DNA of 64,000 bases. Source: Candidatus Nanosyncoccus sp. (GTDB lineage Bacteria; Patescibacteriota; Saccharimonadia; Saccharimonadales; Saccharimonadaceae). Shown here piece by piece: positions 18,229 through 27,804 of this stretch. Positions within the stretch are counted from its first letter, which is position 1. Each line of letters opens with the position of its first letter. The position numbers and the translations under genes are program-made. The stretch lies in contig JAZRRH010000013.1 of assembly GCA_045650525.1 (NCBI GenBank), positions 43,881 through 107,880 on the forward strand. Direction: 5' to 3'. The notes beneath the pieces were generated by a model. The model saw nothing but the letters and a program-made list of their open reading frames with translations. It searched no databases and was not told the origin of the DNA.

Positions 18229-19713
18229 ATGAAAATAATTGGGCTAGATGTTGGCGAGAAACGAATTGGGGTGTCGAGAGCAGATTCGGACACCCGGATT
18301 GCTGTACCGGTCGGCTTTATTGAGGTAGATGGCAGCGGGTCGGAATGGCAGGAAATCGCTAGAATCGCAAGATTGAACAATACAAACTTGTTTATTCTTG
18401 GCATGCCGCGTAGCAATGAAGGGAATGAGACCGCTCAGTCGCTTTATGTTCGTAATTTCGCCAAAACATTAACAGAGAAACTACCCGGGGCGCGTGTAAA
18501 GTTTCAGGATGAATCACTCACCTCTGTTATAGCCGAGGAACGCCTCAAATCTCGCGAAAAAAACTATGTAAAAGGCGATATCGATGCAGAGGCAGCTACA
18601 ATTATTTTGCAGGATTTTCTCGAGGGGCTTAGCGCCGCCTCTAATATGGCCAGCGCGAGTAGCCCCACCTCTGATGACGCTGATGAGGATACACAGCAGT
18701 CTGGCATAAAATCCGCCATAAAAGGTGCCGGTATGGCCGTAAGCGGTGTCGCAAAAAAAGAGGCCGATAGAGCCAAGTTGAACTCGGCGAAGGTTAAACA
18801 TAAGGTAAAAACCTCCACAAAGCTAATATCTGGAGGTGTAGCGCTAGTTATTTTAATAATTGGGGCTATCGGCGGTTTTTTTCTAATTAACCACATCAAG
18901 GAAGAAAATGCGAAAAAACGCGCCGAGGAGTATGCTAGACAAGAGGCCGAAATGAAAGCGGCGACTTTTGATTTTACGATTCGCCCAGGGGAAACCATCT
19001 ACGATATCAGAGATAATTTGACAAAGGTTGAGCGCGGCAAGCCCGTCGGTGCCGACGAGGAACTTCCTCATTTCACTCGCCAAGAGATCGATGCGGCACT
19101 TGCAAAGAATTATAACTATACTTTTTTGCAGGGGCGACCAGAAGGGGCTACCCTTGAGGGTTACCTTTTTCCGGAGACTTTGAATTTTTATGGTGAAAGC
19201 ACAGTAGAAGAGGTAATAGACGCGTTTCTTAAGGAGACTGAGAGGGTAATTCAAGAAAATGATCTTATAAACAAATACAGCGCACAGGGATTGTCTCTAT
19301 TTGAAGGGATTACTTTGGCATCGGTGGTACAAAAAGAAGCTTCTTCGCCAGAGCAGCCAACCGTGGCTCAGGTGTTTTTATCGAGGCTCTCCTCGGGAAT
19401 GCTCCTCGGGAGCGATGTAACAGTAACTTATGCTCTTGACACAATTGACCCCGATCGAGAGATTTACAAAGATAATCAGAATGCTTTAAAGATAGACTCT
19501 TGTTACAACACAAGGACCCACAGAGGCCTCCCCTGTGGCCCTATCTCCAATCCGGGGCTTTCGGCGCTTCTTGCTGTAGCTAATCCATCAGATACAGCTT
19601 ATCTTTACTTCTTGACAGGAGACGATGGTATGATGTATTATGGTTATACAGAGTCTGAGCATATCCAGAACATCTACAACCATTGCCAAGAACTCTGTAA
19701 TGTATCATTATGA
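18229..19713 (+). CDS. Fusion of RuvX/YqgF (N-terminal) and endolytic transglycosylase MltG (C-terminal)
   Basis: IIGLDVGEKRIGV...DESLTS...DAEAATIILQ, then linker, TM and LEGYLFPETL...LASVVQKEA...YNT...GPISNPG...YLYF in one uninterrupted frame. Confidence 0.88.
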   Translation: MKIIGLDVGEKRIGVSRADSDTRIAVPVGFIEVDGSGSEWQEIARIARLNNTNLFILGMPRSNEGNETAQSLYVRNFAKTLTEKLPGARVKFQDESLTSVIAEERLKSREKNYVKGDIDAEAATIILQDFLEGLSAASNMASASSPTSDDADEDTQQSGIKSAIKGAGMAVSGVAKKEADRAKLNSAKVKHKVKTSTKLISGGVALVILIIGAIGGFFLINHIKEENAKKRAEEYARQEAEMKAATFDFTIRPGETIYDIRDNLTKVERGKPVGADEELPHFTRQEIDAALAKNYNYTFLQGRPEGATLEGYLFPETLNFYGESTVEEVIDAFLKETERVIQENDLINKYSAQGLSLFEGITLASVVQKEASSPEQPTVAQVFLSRLSSGMLLGSDVTVTYALDTIDPDREIYKDNQNALKIDSCYNTRTHRGLPCGPISNPGLSALLAVANPSDTAYLYFLTGDDGMMYYGYTESEHIQNIYNHCQELCNVSL

Positions 19714-20804
19714 CAAGACGCAAGAAGAAATTTGATTTTAGGAAAATTCAGAAGGCTTTGCCTTATTTGTTAACTGGTATCGTGACGCTAGCGGTTGTTT
19801 CTGTCGGCTCCATAGATAAACAAAATAGTGACGTCAACCTCAGTCTTGATTCTTTTGCAGCTAGCGACTATAACGTCTCTGTTGACCAGCTATCAGAGCT
19901 CTATGTTATTGCAGATCTATCTGATGCACTCAGCCTAGCTAGTGCCTCTGATGCCGCTTCCAACTACGTTATTACAAATACTATGTATAATGCTGGTATT
20001 TCGCTGGCTGGTAAGATAGAAAAACCAAGCCTTACCAATATTTCTGCTTCGCGTGGCGTAGTTGAGCATACAGTAGCCGAAGGTGAGACTATTGATACGC
20101 TCGCCTCAAAATACAACGTCTCTGCGGATCAGATACGTTGGTCTAACGGGCTCAAAACCACAGAGGTAGGAGTAGGTACAGTGCTTTATATCCCAAGTAG
20201 GCCTGGAATTGTTTATACCGTTAAATCTGGCGATACGATCGACTCTATCGTAGAAAAATATGGTTCGAATTCAGAAGAAATCATCGCTCTCAATGATTTG
20301 GAATTATCTGGTATTACTGAAGGGGCGAGAATCTTAATTAAAGATGGTACTCTGCCAGAAAAAGAACGCCCAGAATATGTGGCCCCTGTTGTACAGAGGA
20401 GGACTTCATCAAATTCATCAAGTTCGTCATATACCTATACCTATCTCGGTGACACCTCTGAGCGACAAAATATCCAAGTGGTAGGATACTATCGCATCGG
20501 ACACGGTCAATGTGTGGACTGGGCATCCTATATGAGGCCAGACCTCGGCGGATTGATGCTTGGCAACGCCAACGCTTGGGCGAGGAATGCCGCTGCTAGA
20601 GGATATTCTGTAAATCGTAGCCCTTCGGCTGGTGCGATTTTCCAGACTTCATCTGGTTGGTATGGTCACGTCGGTTATGTTGAAGCAGTCAACGGAGATG
20701 GCTCTATTACTGTAACAGAGATGAACTATAGCTATGTTCCTTATCGCGTGATTCGCGCAATTATTCCGGCGGATAAGGTGGGGAATTTTAACTATATCCA
20801 TTAA
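19710..20804 (+). CDS. LysM x2 plus CHAP domain peptidoglycan hydrolase
   Basis: HTVAEGETID and YTVKSGDTID LysM repeats; GQCVDW...GNANAW...GHVGYVE...EMNY CHAP motifs. Confidence 0.92.
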   Translation: MTRRKKKFDFRKIQKALPYLLTGIVTLAVVSVGSIDKQNSDVNLSLDSFAASDYNVSVDQLSELYVIADLSDALSLASASDAASNYVITNTMYNAGISLAGKIEKPSLTNISASRGVVEHTVAEGETIDTLASKYNVSADQIRWSNGLKTTEVGVGTVLYIPSRPGIVYTVKSGDTIDSIVEKYGSNSEEIIALNDLELSGITEGARILIKDGTLPEKERPEYVAPVVQRRTSSNSSSSSYTYTYLGDTSERQNIQVVGYYRIGHGQCVDWASYMRPDLGGLMLGNANAWARNAAARGYSVNRSPSAGAIFQTSSGWYGHVGYVEAVNGDGSITVTEMNYSYVPYRVIRAIIPADKVGNFNYIH

Positions 20805-20818
20805 ATATTGATGAAATA

Positions 20819-21002
20819 AAATCTCTTAACGCTATTTTTCGTTCGCGCTTCGCTTCGCTCCAGGAAAATCTTTATAAATTTTTTAACGGAAATTACTCGT
20901 GACTCACGTCTGCCTACGCGGTTCGCACGAGCTAATTTCCTAAAATTTATAAAGATTTTCTTGGGCTTGCTCAATGCTCACAAAAACAGAGTTAAGAGAT
21001 TT
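20819..21002. repeat. Intergenic nested palindrome (184 bp), homologous to the obgE/trmD insertions
   Basis: Nested IRs AAATCTCTTAAC/GTTAAGAGATTT, GAAAATCTTTATAAATTTT/AAAATTTATAAAGATTTTC, GGAAATTA/TAATTTCC and CTCGTG/CACGAG; the arms match the trmD element arms. Confidence 0.85.
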
Positions 21003-21006
21003 CATC

Positions 21007-22572
<1,566 letters not shown>

Positions 22573-22588
22573 TTATAAAATAAAATGC

Positions 22589-22617
22589 TTGACAACTAAT
22601 TGGTTATGCTTTATGCT
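22589..22617 (+). promoter_or_regulatory. Sigma70-type promoter with no ORF directly downstream
   Basis: TTGACA-17 nt-TATGCT. Confidence 0.7.
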
Positions 22618-22623
22618 TGTATT

Positions 22624-22768
22624 AAGCTGATACGCTTCACAGGGGTTCCACTGACTTTAGTGGAGTGTGGAGACTCATTAAAAACAAAAACAGCGGATTA
22701 AAACAAACCAATGTGCCCCAGGGTGGGCGCGTAGCAGCGGGGAAAGCGGCCGAAAGGTCGCTTTTTTT
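22624..22768 (+). ncRNA. Candidate orphan small RNA (about 145 nt)
   Basis: Own promoter; 5'/3' pairing GCTGATACGC/GCGTAGCAGC; internal hairpins; terminator AGCGGCC-GAAA-GGTCGCT plus T7. Confidence 0.55.
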
Positions 22769-22804
22769 GCGGCCGCATGGTATAATTCTCGGTAAAGGAG
22801 GCTC

Positions 22805-23002
22805 ATGGACCAAGAAAAAATAATCGATCAGTTAGAGGATGCGGTACTAGACAGGCTACCGGCTGACGCTGTAAAAAAACTAGCAGATTTAACCGACTTA
22901 GAAGGTGATCGCACGAAAGAGGCTCAGGCAATATTAGACGAGCATGGCGTCGACGTCGAGGCTGTCGCCAAGGATTATTTCAAGGAGGAAAACAATGACT
23001 AA
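22805..23002 (+). CDS. Small acidic hypothetical protein
   Basis: 65 aa, AAGGAG SD, overlaps the next start. Confidence 0.7.
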   Translation: MDQEKIIDQLEDAVLDRLPADAVKKLADLTDLEGDRTKEAQAILDEHGVDVEAVAKDYFKEENND

Positions 23003-23525
23003 CCCCAATAGATCAGGATTTACAAGCCACGAAGGTGATGGGCCAATCAAACATATCGGCATCAATAATAGCAATATCAACCACGATCAAGAGCTTCTTG
23101 ACCTGGAGGCTATCGAAAAGGATATAAAGGACCACAGAGAGCGAAACCAAGAGCTCGGCAAGATGAGCAATGAAGTTATTGCAAACAAAAACAAAGCCAA
23201 GCGTGGACCACTGAAGACAATTGTCAAAGGCGTAGCGGCCACTCTTATCACTATTGGGGTCATTGCTGGTATTGGAAGCCTCGAGAAAAACTCGCTCGAA
23301 GAACAGAAAAAGGCCGAAGAAGAAATGCATAATAAGAATCTTGCGGATTCGCCTATGCATTTTAATATTGGGGCTGATTCAAGCACGCTCATCGGGTCAA
23401 ATGGTAAAGTTTATACCGTAGAGAACAATGGCAGGAGCGAAGAGGAAGTCAAAAACGCACTAATCGGCATGATGGATGACGATATAAAGAATACAGAGGA
23501 GCGCGAGGCTCAATTTGGAGAATAA
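22995..23525 (+). CDS. Hypothetical single-pass membrane protein
   Basis: AGGAGG SD before ATG 22995; TM GVAATLITIGVIAGIG. Confidence 0.7.
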   Translation: MTNPNRSGFTSHEGDGPIKHIGINNSNINHDQELLDLEAIEKDIKDHRERNQELGKMSNEVIANKNKAKRGPLKTIVKGVAATLITIGVIAGIGSLEKNSLEEQKKAEEEMHNKNLADSPMHFNIGADSSTLIGSNGKVYTVENNGRSEEEVKNALIGMMDDDIKNTEEREAQFGE

Positions 23526-24338
23526 ATGATTAAGTTTACAATAATTACACTATTTCGCGAGGCGATTGAGCCATATCTCAAGACCTCAATGATGTGGAAA
23601 GCCACCGAGAAGGGTCTTGCAGAGTTTGATTTCGTAAACCTGAGGGATTTTGGCCTGGGGCCACACAAATCCGTGGATGATGCGCCATACGGGGGTGGAG
23701 ACGGTATGCTTCTCCGGTGCGAGCCGGTTTTTGCCGCGATTGAATCAGTAAAAGCAAAAGACCCCGAGGTAAAGGTTATTCTACCTACCCCTGTAGGGGA
23801 GATATGGAACCAAGGGATGGCGAGAGAGTTCGCTGGGGGTCAGCCGGTAGATTTTGCAAACATTGAGCAAACCCGAGAAAAATCTGAGGAGGCTAGTCGA
23901 GACGAGTACGAAACTGGAATTTCGGCGCAGTCCCGATTAGTCGACGAAGATTTTTCCCGGAGTGCAGCGAAGCGTGAGCAAAATCTACCTACTGACCACT
24001 CTACCACTCACTACATCATCTTGTGTCCACACTATGAGGGGTACGATGAGAGGATTTTGTCGATCGTGGACTATAAAATTTCGCTTGGCAAATACGTTTT
24101 GACTGGGGGCGAGCTTCCAGCATTGATCATTATCGATTCCGTAGTGCGGCTTATCCCAGGGGTACTTGGCGGTGAACAGTCTGCCGAAATTGAGTCTTTT
24201 TCGGATGGAGATAACCTGGAATATCCGCAATATACTCGTCCAGAGGATTTTAGAGGGATGAAGGTGCCAGAGGTTCTTCTCTCGGGCAACCATGGCGAAA
24301 TCGCTAAATGGCGCGAGGAGCATAGTGGGACTGTTTGA
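23526..24338 (+). CDS. trmD: tRNA (guanine-N1)-methyltransferase TrmD with an in-frame hairpin insertion
   Basis: TLF, VDDAPYGGGDGM, YEGYDERI, YVLTGGE, RLIPGVLG, YPQYTRP and VPEVLLSGNH. Confidence 0.96.
   Translation: MIKFTIITLFREAIEPYLKTSMMWKATEKGLAEFDFVNLRDFGLGPHKSVDDAPYGGGDGMLLRCEPVFAAIESVKAKDPEVKVILPTPVGEIWNQGMAREFAGGQPVDFANIEQTREKSEEASRDEYETGISAQSRLVDEDFSRSAAKREQNLPTDHSTTHYIILCPHYEGYDERILSIVDYKISLGKYVLTGGELPALIIIDSVVRLIPGVLGGEQSAEIESFSDGDNLEYPQYTRPEDFRGMKVPEVLLSGNHGEIAKWREEHSGTV
23838..23997 (+). repeat. In-frame palindromic insertion in trmD (family A)
   Basis: GGTCAG-CC-GGTAGATTTTGC...GCAAAATCTACC-TA-CTGACC; the 144-bp core 23846-23989 has a perfect 12-bp IR. Confidence 0.92.
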
Positions 24339-26382
24339 CCCGGTTGAATCATTGACTGGGGTCGGCCCAAAAACGGCAGAAGTTTTAAGAAAACATGGTA
24401 TCAGGACCGTAAAAGACTTTTTTTATAATTTGCCGCGTGATTACGAGAACTACGAGAGGCCGACCTCTATCTCGGAGATGCGCCCCGGCAAGGTGGTGAT
24501 TAGGGGCAAAATCGACAGTCTGTCTACCAGGAGAGCTCGAAAACGTAATTTATCTATCACCGAAGGTATAGTTCGAGATAAAACAGGGGCAGTAAAAGTT
24601 GTTTGGTTTAATCAAAGATACCGCGTAAAGCAATTTTCTCCGGATAAAGAATATTTCTTTACTGGGCTCTATGAGCTAAGAAATGGCCGTTATAGCCTAG
24701 TTTCACCCTCTGCGGCTGAGATAAGCGATATTGACCCATCAAGCGGCCTAGCGCCCGTTTATGTGGCTCACGGAAGCTTAAAGTCTAATGATTTTAAGCG
24801 TTTGATAAATAAATCACGTGATCAGTTTGCCTCTATCCCAGATCTTTTGCCATCTGTGGTGCAGGGAACAAGGGCTAAAGCACTCTATTTTGCACATTTC
24901 CCAAACTCTCTGAAATCTATAGAGGGAGCGCGAGATTATTTGGCCTACGAGGAGCTTTTTGAGTTAATTCTCGCGGCAAGGCTAAACCGCAGGGAAAATG
25001 AGAAACTAAAAGCCATGCCAGTGCCTTTCAATCAGGGTAAAATCCAGGAAATTGTTAACGGGCTTCCCTTCAAATTAACTAATGCGCAGAGGCGGGCTAC
25101 TTGGGAGATTTTCCAAAATATGGAGGCCGTTACACCGATGAATAGGCTTTTACAGGGTGATGTGGGCTCTGGCAAAACCATGGTGGCGACTCTCGCGGCA
25201 TACGAGGCGGTTCTCGCTGGTAGCCAAGTGGCGATTCTCGCCCCAACAGCAATCTTGGCCGCTCAGCATTATGCTAGTTTTTCATCGGTTTTGGAGGCTT
25301 ATGGCGTTAAAATTGCCCTCCTCACTGGGGCAACCAAGAAAAAATCTGAGCTAAAAAAACAAATCAAGGACGGCGAAGTCGATATCGTAATAGGAACACA
25401 TGCTCTGCTCACCGATGACACGGAATTCCATGAGCTTAGATTGGTAGTAATTGACGAGCAGCACAGATTTGGGGTAGAACAGAGACAAAAGCTGATGTTA
25501 AAATCGCCAGCCGGCCTGGCACCACACCTGTTATCTATGACAGCCACCCCTATTCCGCGCTCGTTGCAGTTAACTGTGTTTGGGGACCTCGATGTCTCTA
25601 TTTTGAATGAACTGCCAACCGGCAGGCAACCTGTCACGACTTTTATTTCGCCAGAGGTAGAAATACGAGAAAAACTATACCCACTGATGCGTCAAATTTT
25701 GAAATCCGAGCCGGACAAGAAAAAACACGGCGACCTAGCGCATGGACAGCAGATTTATTGGATTTGTAAGGCGATTGACAAAAATGGCGACGAGAATTCC
25801 GGTGTCACCTCTGTAAGAACTAGGACAAAACGCCTCCAGGAGGTATTCCCTGAATGTAAGGTAGAATTTTTGCATGGCAAGATGAAACCTGCAGAAAAAG
25901 ACGCCGTGATGGAGCAGTTTTCCTCTGGGGAGATTGACATTTTGGTTTCTACAACAGTGGTAGAGGTGGGCGTTGACGTACCAAATGCAAACTTGATGGT
26001 GATCGAAAATGCCGAGTCGTATGGTTTGGCACAACTTCACCAATTAAGGGGTCGCGTGGGGCGCGGAGCGTCTTCTGCGTATTGTTGCCTTTTAACCTCT
26101 GGGGACAGCTTCCCGTCTAGAAGACTTCGCGAGCTCGAGAAATCCAACGATGGTTTTTACCTTGCTGAGGTGGATTTGAAACTACGTGGTCCTGGCGAGA
26201 TTTACGGAGCCCTGCAGCATGGCGCGCTCGATCTTCGCATCGCCTCACTCTCTGATACCAAGCTAATTAGCCGCGCACAGGCCGATGTATTGAAATTCTT
26301 GAAAGATCCGGCGAATTTGGCGTGCCACAAGGAATTGATGGACGGCATCTCTAAATATCAACAGATTACGACGCTGAATTAA
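24325..26382 (+). CDS. recG: ATP-dependent DNA helicase RecG
   Basis: RLLQGDVGSGKT, DEQHRFG, MTATPIPR, QLHQLRGRVGRG and DLKLRGPGE; GTG start at 24325 with GAGGAG SD. Confidence 0.96.
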   Translation: MGLFDPVESLTGVGPKTAEVLRKHGIRTVKDFFYNLPRDYENYERPTSISEMRPGKVVIRGKIDSLSTRRARKRNLSITEGIVRDKTGAVKVVWFNQRYRVKQFSPDKEYFFTGLYELRNGRYSLVSPSAAEISDIDPSSGLAPVYVAHGSLKSNDFKRLINKSRDQFASIPDLLPSVVQGTRAKALYFAHFPNSLKSIEGARDYLAYEELFELILAARLNRRENEKLKAMPVPFNQGKIQEIVNGLPFKLTNAQRRATWEIFQNMEAVTPMNRLLQGDVGSGKTMVATLAAYEAVLAGSQVAILAPTAILAAQHYASFSSVLEAYGVKIALLTGATKKKSELKKQIKDGEVDIVIGTHALLTDDTEFHELRLVVIDEQHRFGVEQRQKLMLKSPAGLAPHLLSMTATPIPRSLQLTVFGDLDVSILNELPTGRQPVTTFISPEVEIREKLYPLMRQILKSEPDKKKHGDLAHGQQIYWICKAIDKNGDENSGVTSVRTRTKRLQEVFPECKVEFLHGKMKPAEKDAVMEQFSSGEIDILVSTTVVEVGVDVPNANLMVIENAESYGLAQLHQLRGRVGRGASSAYCCLLTSGDSFPSRRLRELEKSNDGFYLAEVDLKLRGPGEIYGALQHGALDLRIASLSDTKLISRAQADVLKFLKDPANLACHKELMDGISKYQQITTLN

Positions 26383-26411
26383 GACCTCGCCCGTGTTATA
26401 ATTGAAGGGTA

Positions 26412-26936
26412 ATGAAAAAGGGAAGTATCAAAATCACCTCCGGAACATACCGGAGTAGAGCTATCGCCACCCCTGGCGGAAAGACTCACCCGATGGGGGA
26501 GAGGGAGCGAATTGCGCTTTTTAATATGATTTCCGAAGAAATCCCTGGAGCGACTATTTTGGATGCTTTTTCTGGCTCGGGGGCCCTCGGGCTTGAGGCC
26601 ATCTCTAGAGGCGCGAAGGAAGTGACTTTTATTGAGAGTAATCCCGCAGCTTCGCGAACAATCAAAGAAAACCTCGCCTCGCTCGGAGTTACTGGTATGA
26701 TAGTAACTTGCCGAGTTTCTAGTTTCTTATCCGATACAGAATTTGATGTAATTTTGGCCGACCCGCCTTATGATGATTTTAAGTTGAATGAGGTTTCTTA
26801 TCTGGTGCAATTTTTGAAAAATGGTGGCATATTTGTGCTCTCGCACCCCGGTGAAGCGCCAGATATTTCTGAACTTACCCTCACAAAAAGCCGTAAATAT
26901 GCCGGGGCAACAATTTCGATATTTGTCAAGGCATAG
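26412..26936 (+). CDS. rsmD: 16S rRNA m2G966 methyltransferase RsmD-like
   Basis: ILDAFSGSGALGLEAISRGA and DPPY. Confidence 0.88.
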   Translation: MKKGSIKITSGTYRSRAIATPGGKTHPMGERERIALFNMISEEIPGATILDAFSGSGALGLEAISRGAKEVTFIESNPAASRTIKENLASLGVTGMIVTCRVSSFLSDTEFDVILADPPYDDFKLNEVSYLVQFLKNGGIFVLSHPGEAPDISELTLTKSRKYAGATISIFVKA

Positions 26937-27026
26937 ATACTGGTTGATTTATTCTTGTTTTATGTTGTAGTTATATTTGCATTTTTTACAATTGTGTGAT
27001 ATAATTATAGAATAAGGAGTTTAATT

Positions 27027-27518
27027 ATGTATTATCAGGAAGAAACAGATAAGAAAGAGCGACGCAAAGTTATTGCCATTGCTACGGCCGCCGTCGTAAT
27101 TATTCTTATTCTGATTGTAGCCATTATAGTGGTGGCGACTAGAAAAACCACCAAGACTGTTTCGGTAACTGAGAATTCTAATACTGAGGTGGTCGTCGAC
27201 GAAAACAAAGACGAAAACGCCAATAATACTGAAAACAACGAGCAGACCGAAGGCGCTAAACAAGCTGAAGGTGCCGAAAACAAAGAAACCACCGAGAACA
27301 AAGAGGCCGAGAATAAGAATACGAGCTCTGCCGCTACAATCGGTAGCCTTTCTACGGAAACTAATAAGCAAGCCGAAAAGAAAGCCTCTACTCCTACTAC
27401 AGAACAAAGCAAAAATATGCCATCCACTGGCCCAGAAGAATACTTGCCTATTGCGTTGATGGCCGGTATGCTGGTTGCTTATCTTTCTTCCCGTGTTCTC
27501 GCGAAACGTTCCGCCTAA
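27027..27518 (+). CDS. Membrane protein: N-terminal TM, acidic linker, C-terminal MPSTG plus TM
   Basis: Two hydrophobic segments; PSTG motif precedes the last TM and basic tail. Confidence 0.75.
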   Translation: MYYQEETDKKERRKVIAIATAAVVIILILIVAIIVVATRKTTKTVSVTENSNTEVVVDENKDENANNTENNEQTEGAKQAEGAENKETTENKEAENKNTSSAATIGSLSTETNKQAEKKASTPTTEQSKNMPSTGPEEYLPIALMAGMLVAYLSSRVLAKRSA

Positions 27519-27592
27519 GACAATTCTTTTATGTAACACGCTTTACACAAAACGCTCGCAATTTCGGGCGTTTTGTGATATTATAGCTACAG

Positions 27593-27677
27593 GCCCGGGT
27601 GGTGGAATTGGTAGACACGTATGCCTTAGGAGCATATGCCATTCGGTGTGCAGGTTCAAGTCCTGTCCCGGGCACCA
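27593..27677 (+). tRNA. tRNA-Leu (anticodon TAG)
   Basis: GCCCGGG/CCCGGGC acceptor, D-loop GGAATTGGTAGAC, TATGC-CTTAGGA-GCATA, long variable arm, GGTTCAAGTCC, encoded CCA. Confidence 0.96.
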
Positions 27678-27752
27678 CGCTATTTTGAAAAAATATCGTT
27701 CAAAAAGAAGGACTGTGAATCTTCGATGCAAGTCCTGTCCCGGGCACCACGC
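27657..27752 (+). repeat. 24-bp direct repeat of the tRNA-Leu 3' end (att-like)
   Basis: CAAGTCCTGTCCCGGGCACCACGC at 27657-27680 and 27729-27752, separated by 48 bp. Confidence 0.85.
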
Positions 27753-27804
27753 ACGCTAAAGCGTGTTTTTTCTTTTCTTAAAGGTTTTTGTTATAATTGT
27801 AGTT

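Noticed and set aside
22716-22768. T-box-like AGGGTGG...GCG before a terminator
   Set aside because: Lacks the UGGNACC bulge, has no stem I, and the downstream gene is not amino-acid related.
27021-27539. Antisense ORFs over the 27027 membrane protein
   Set aside because: Arise from low-complexity sequence; the plus-strand gene has an SD and coherent architecture.
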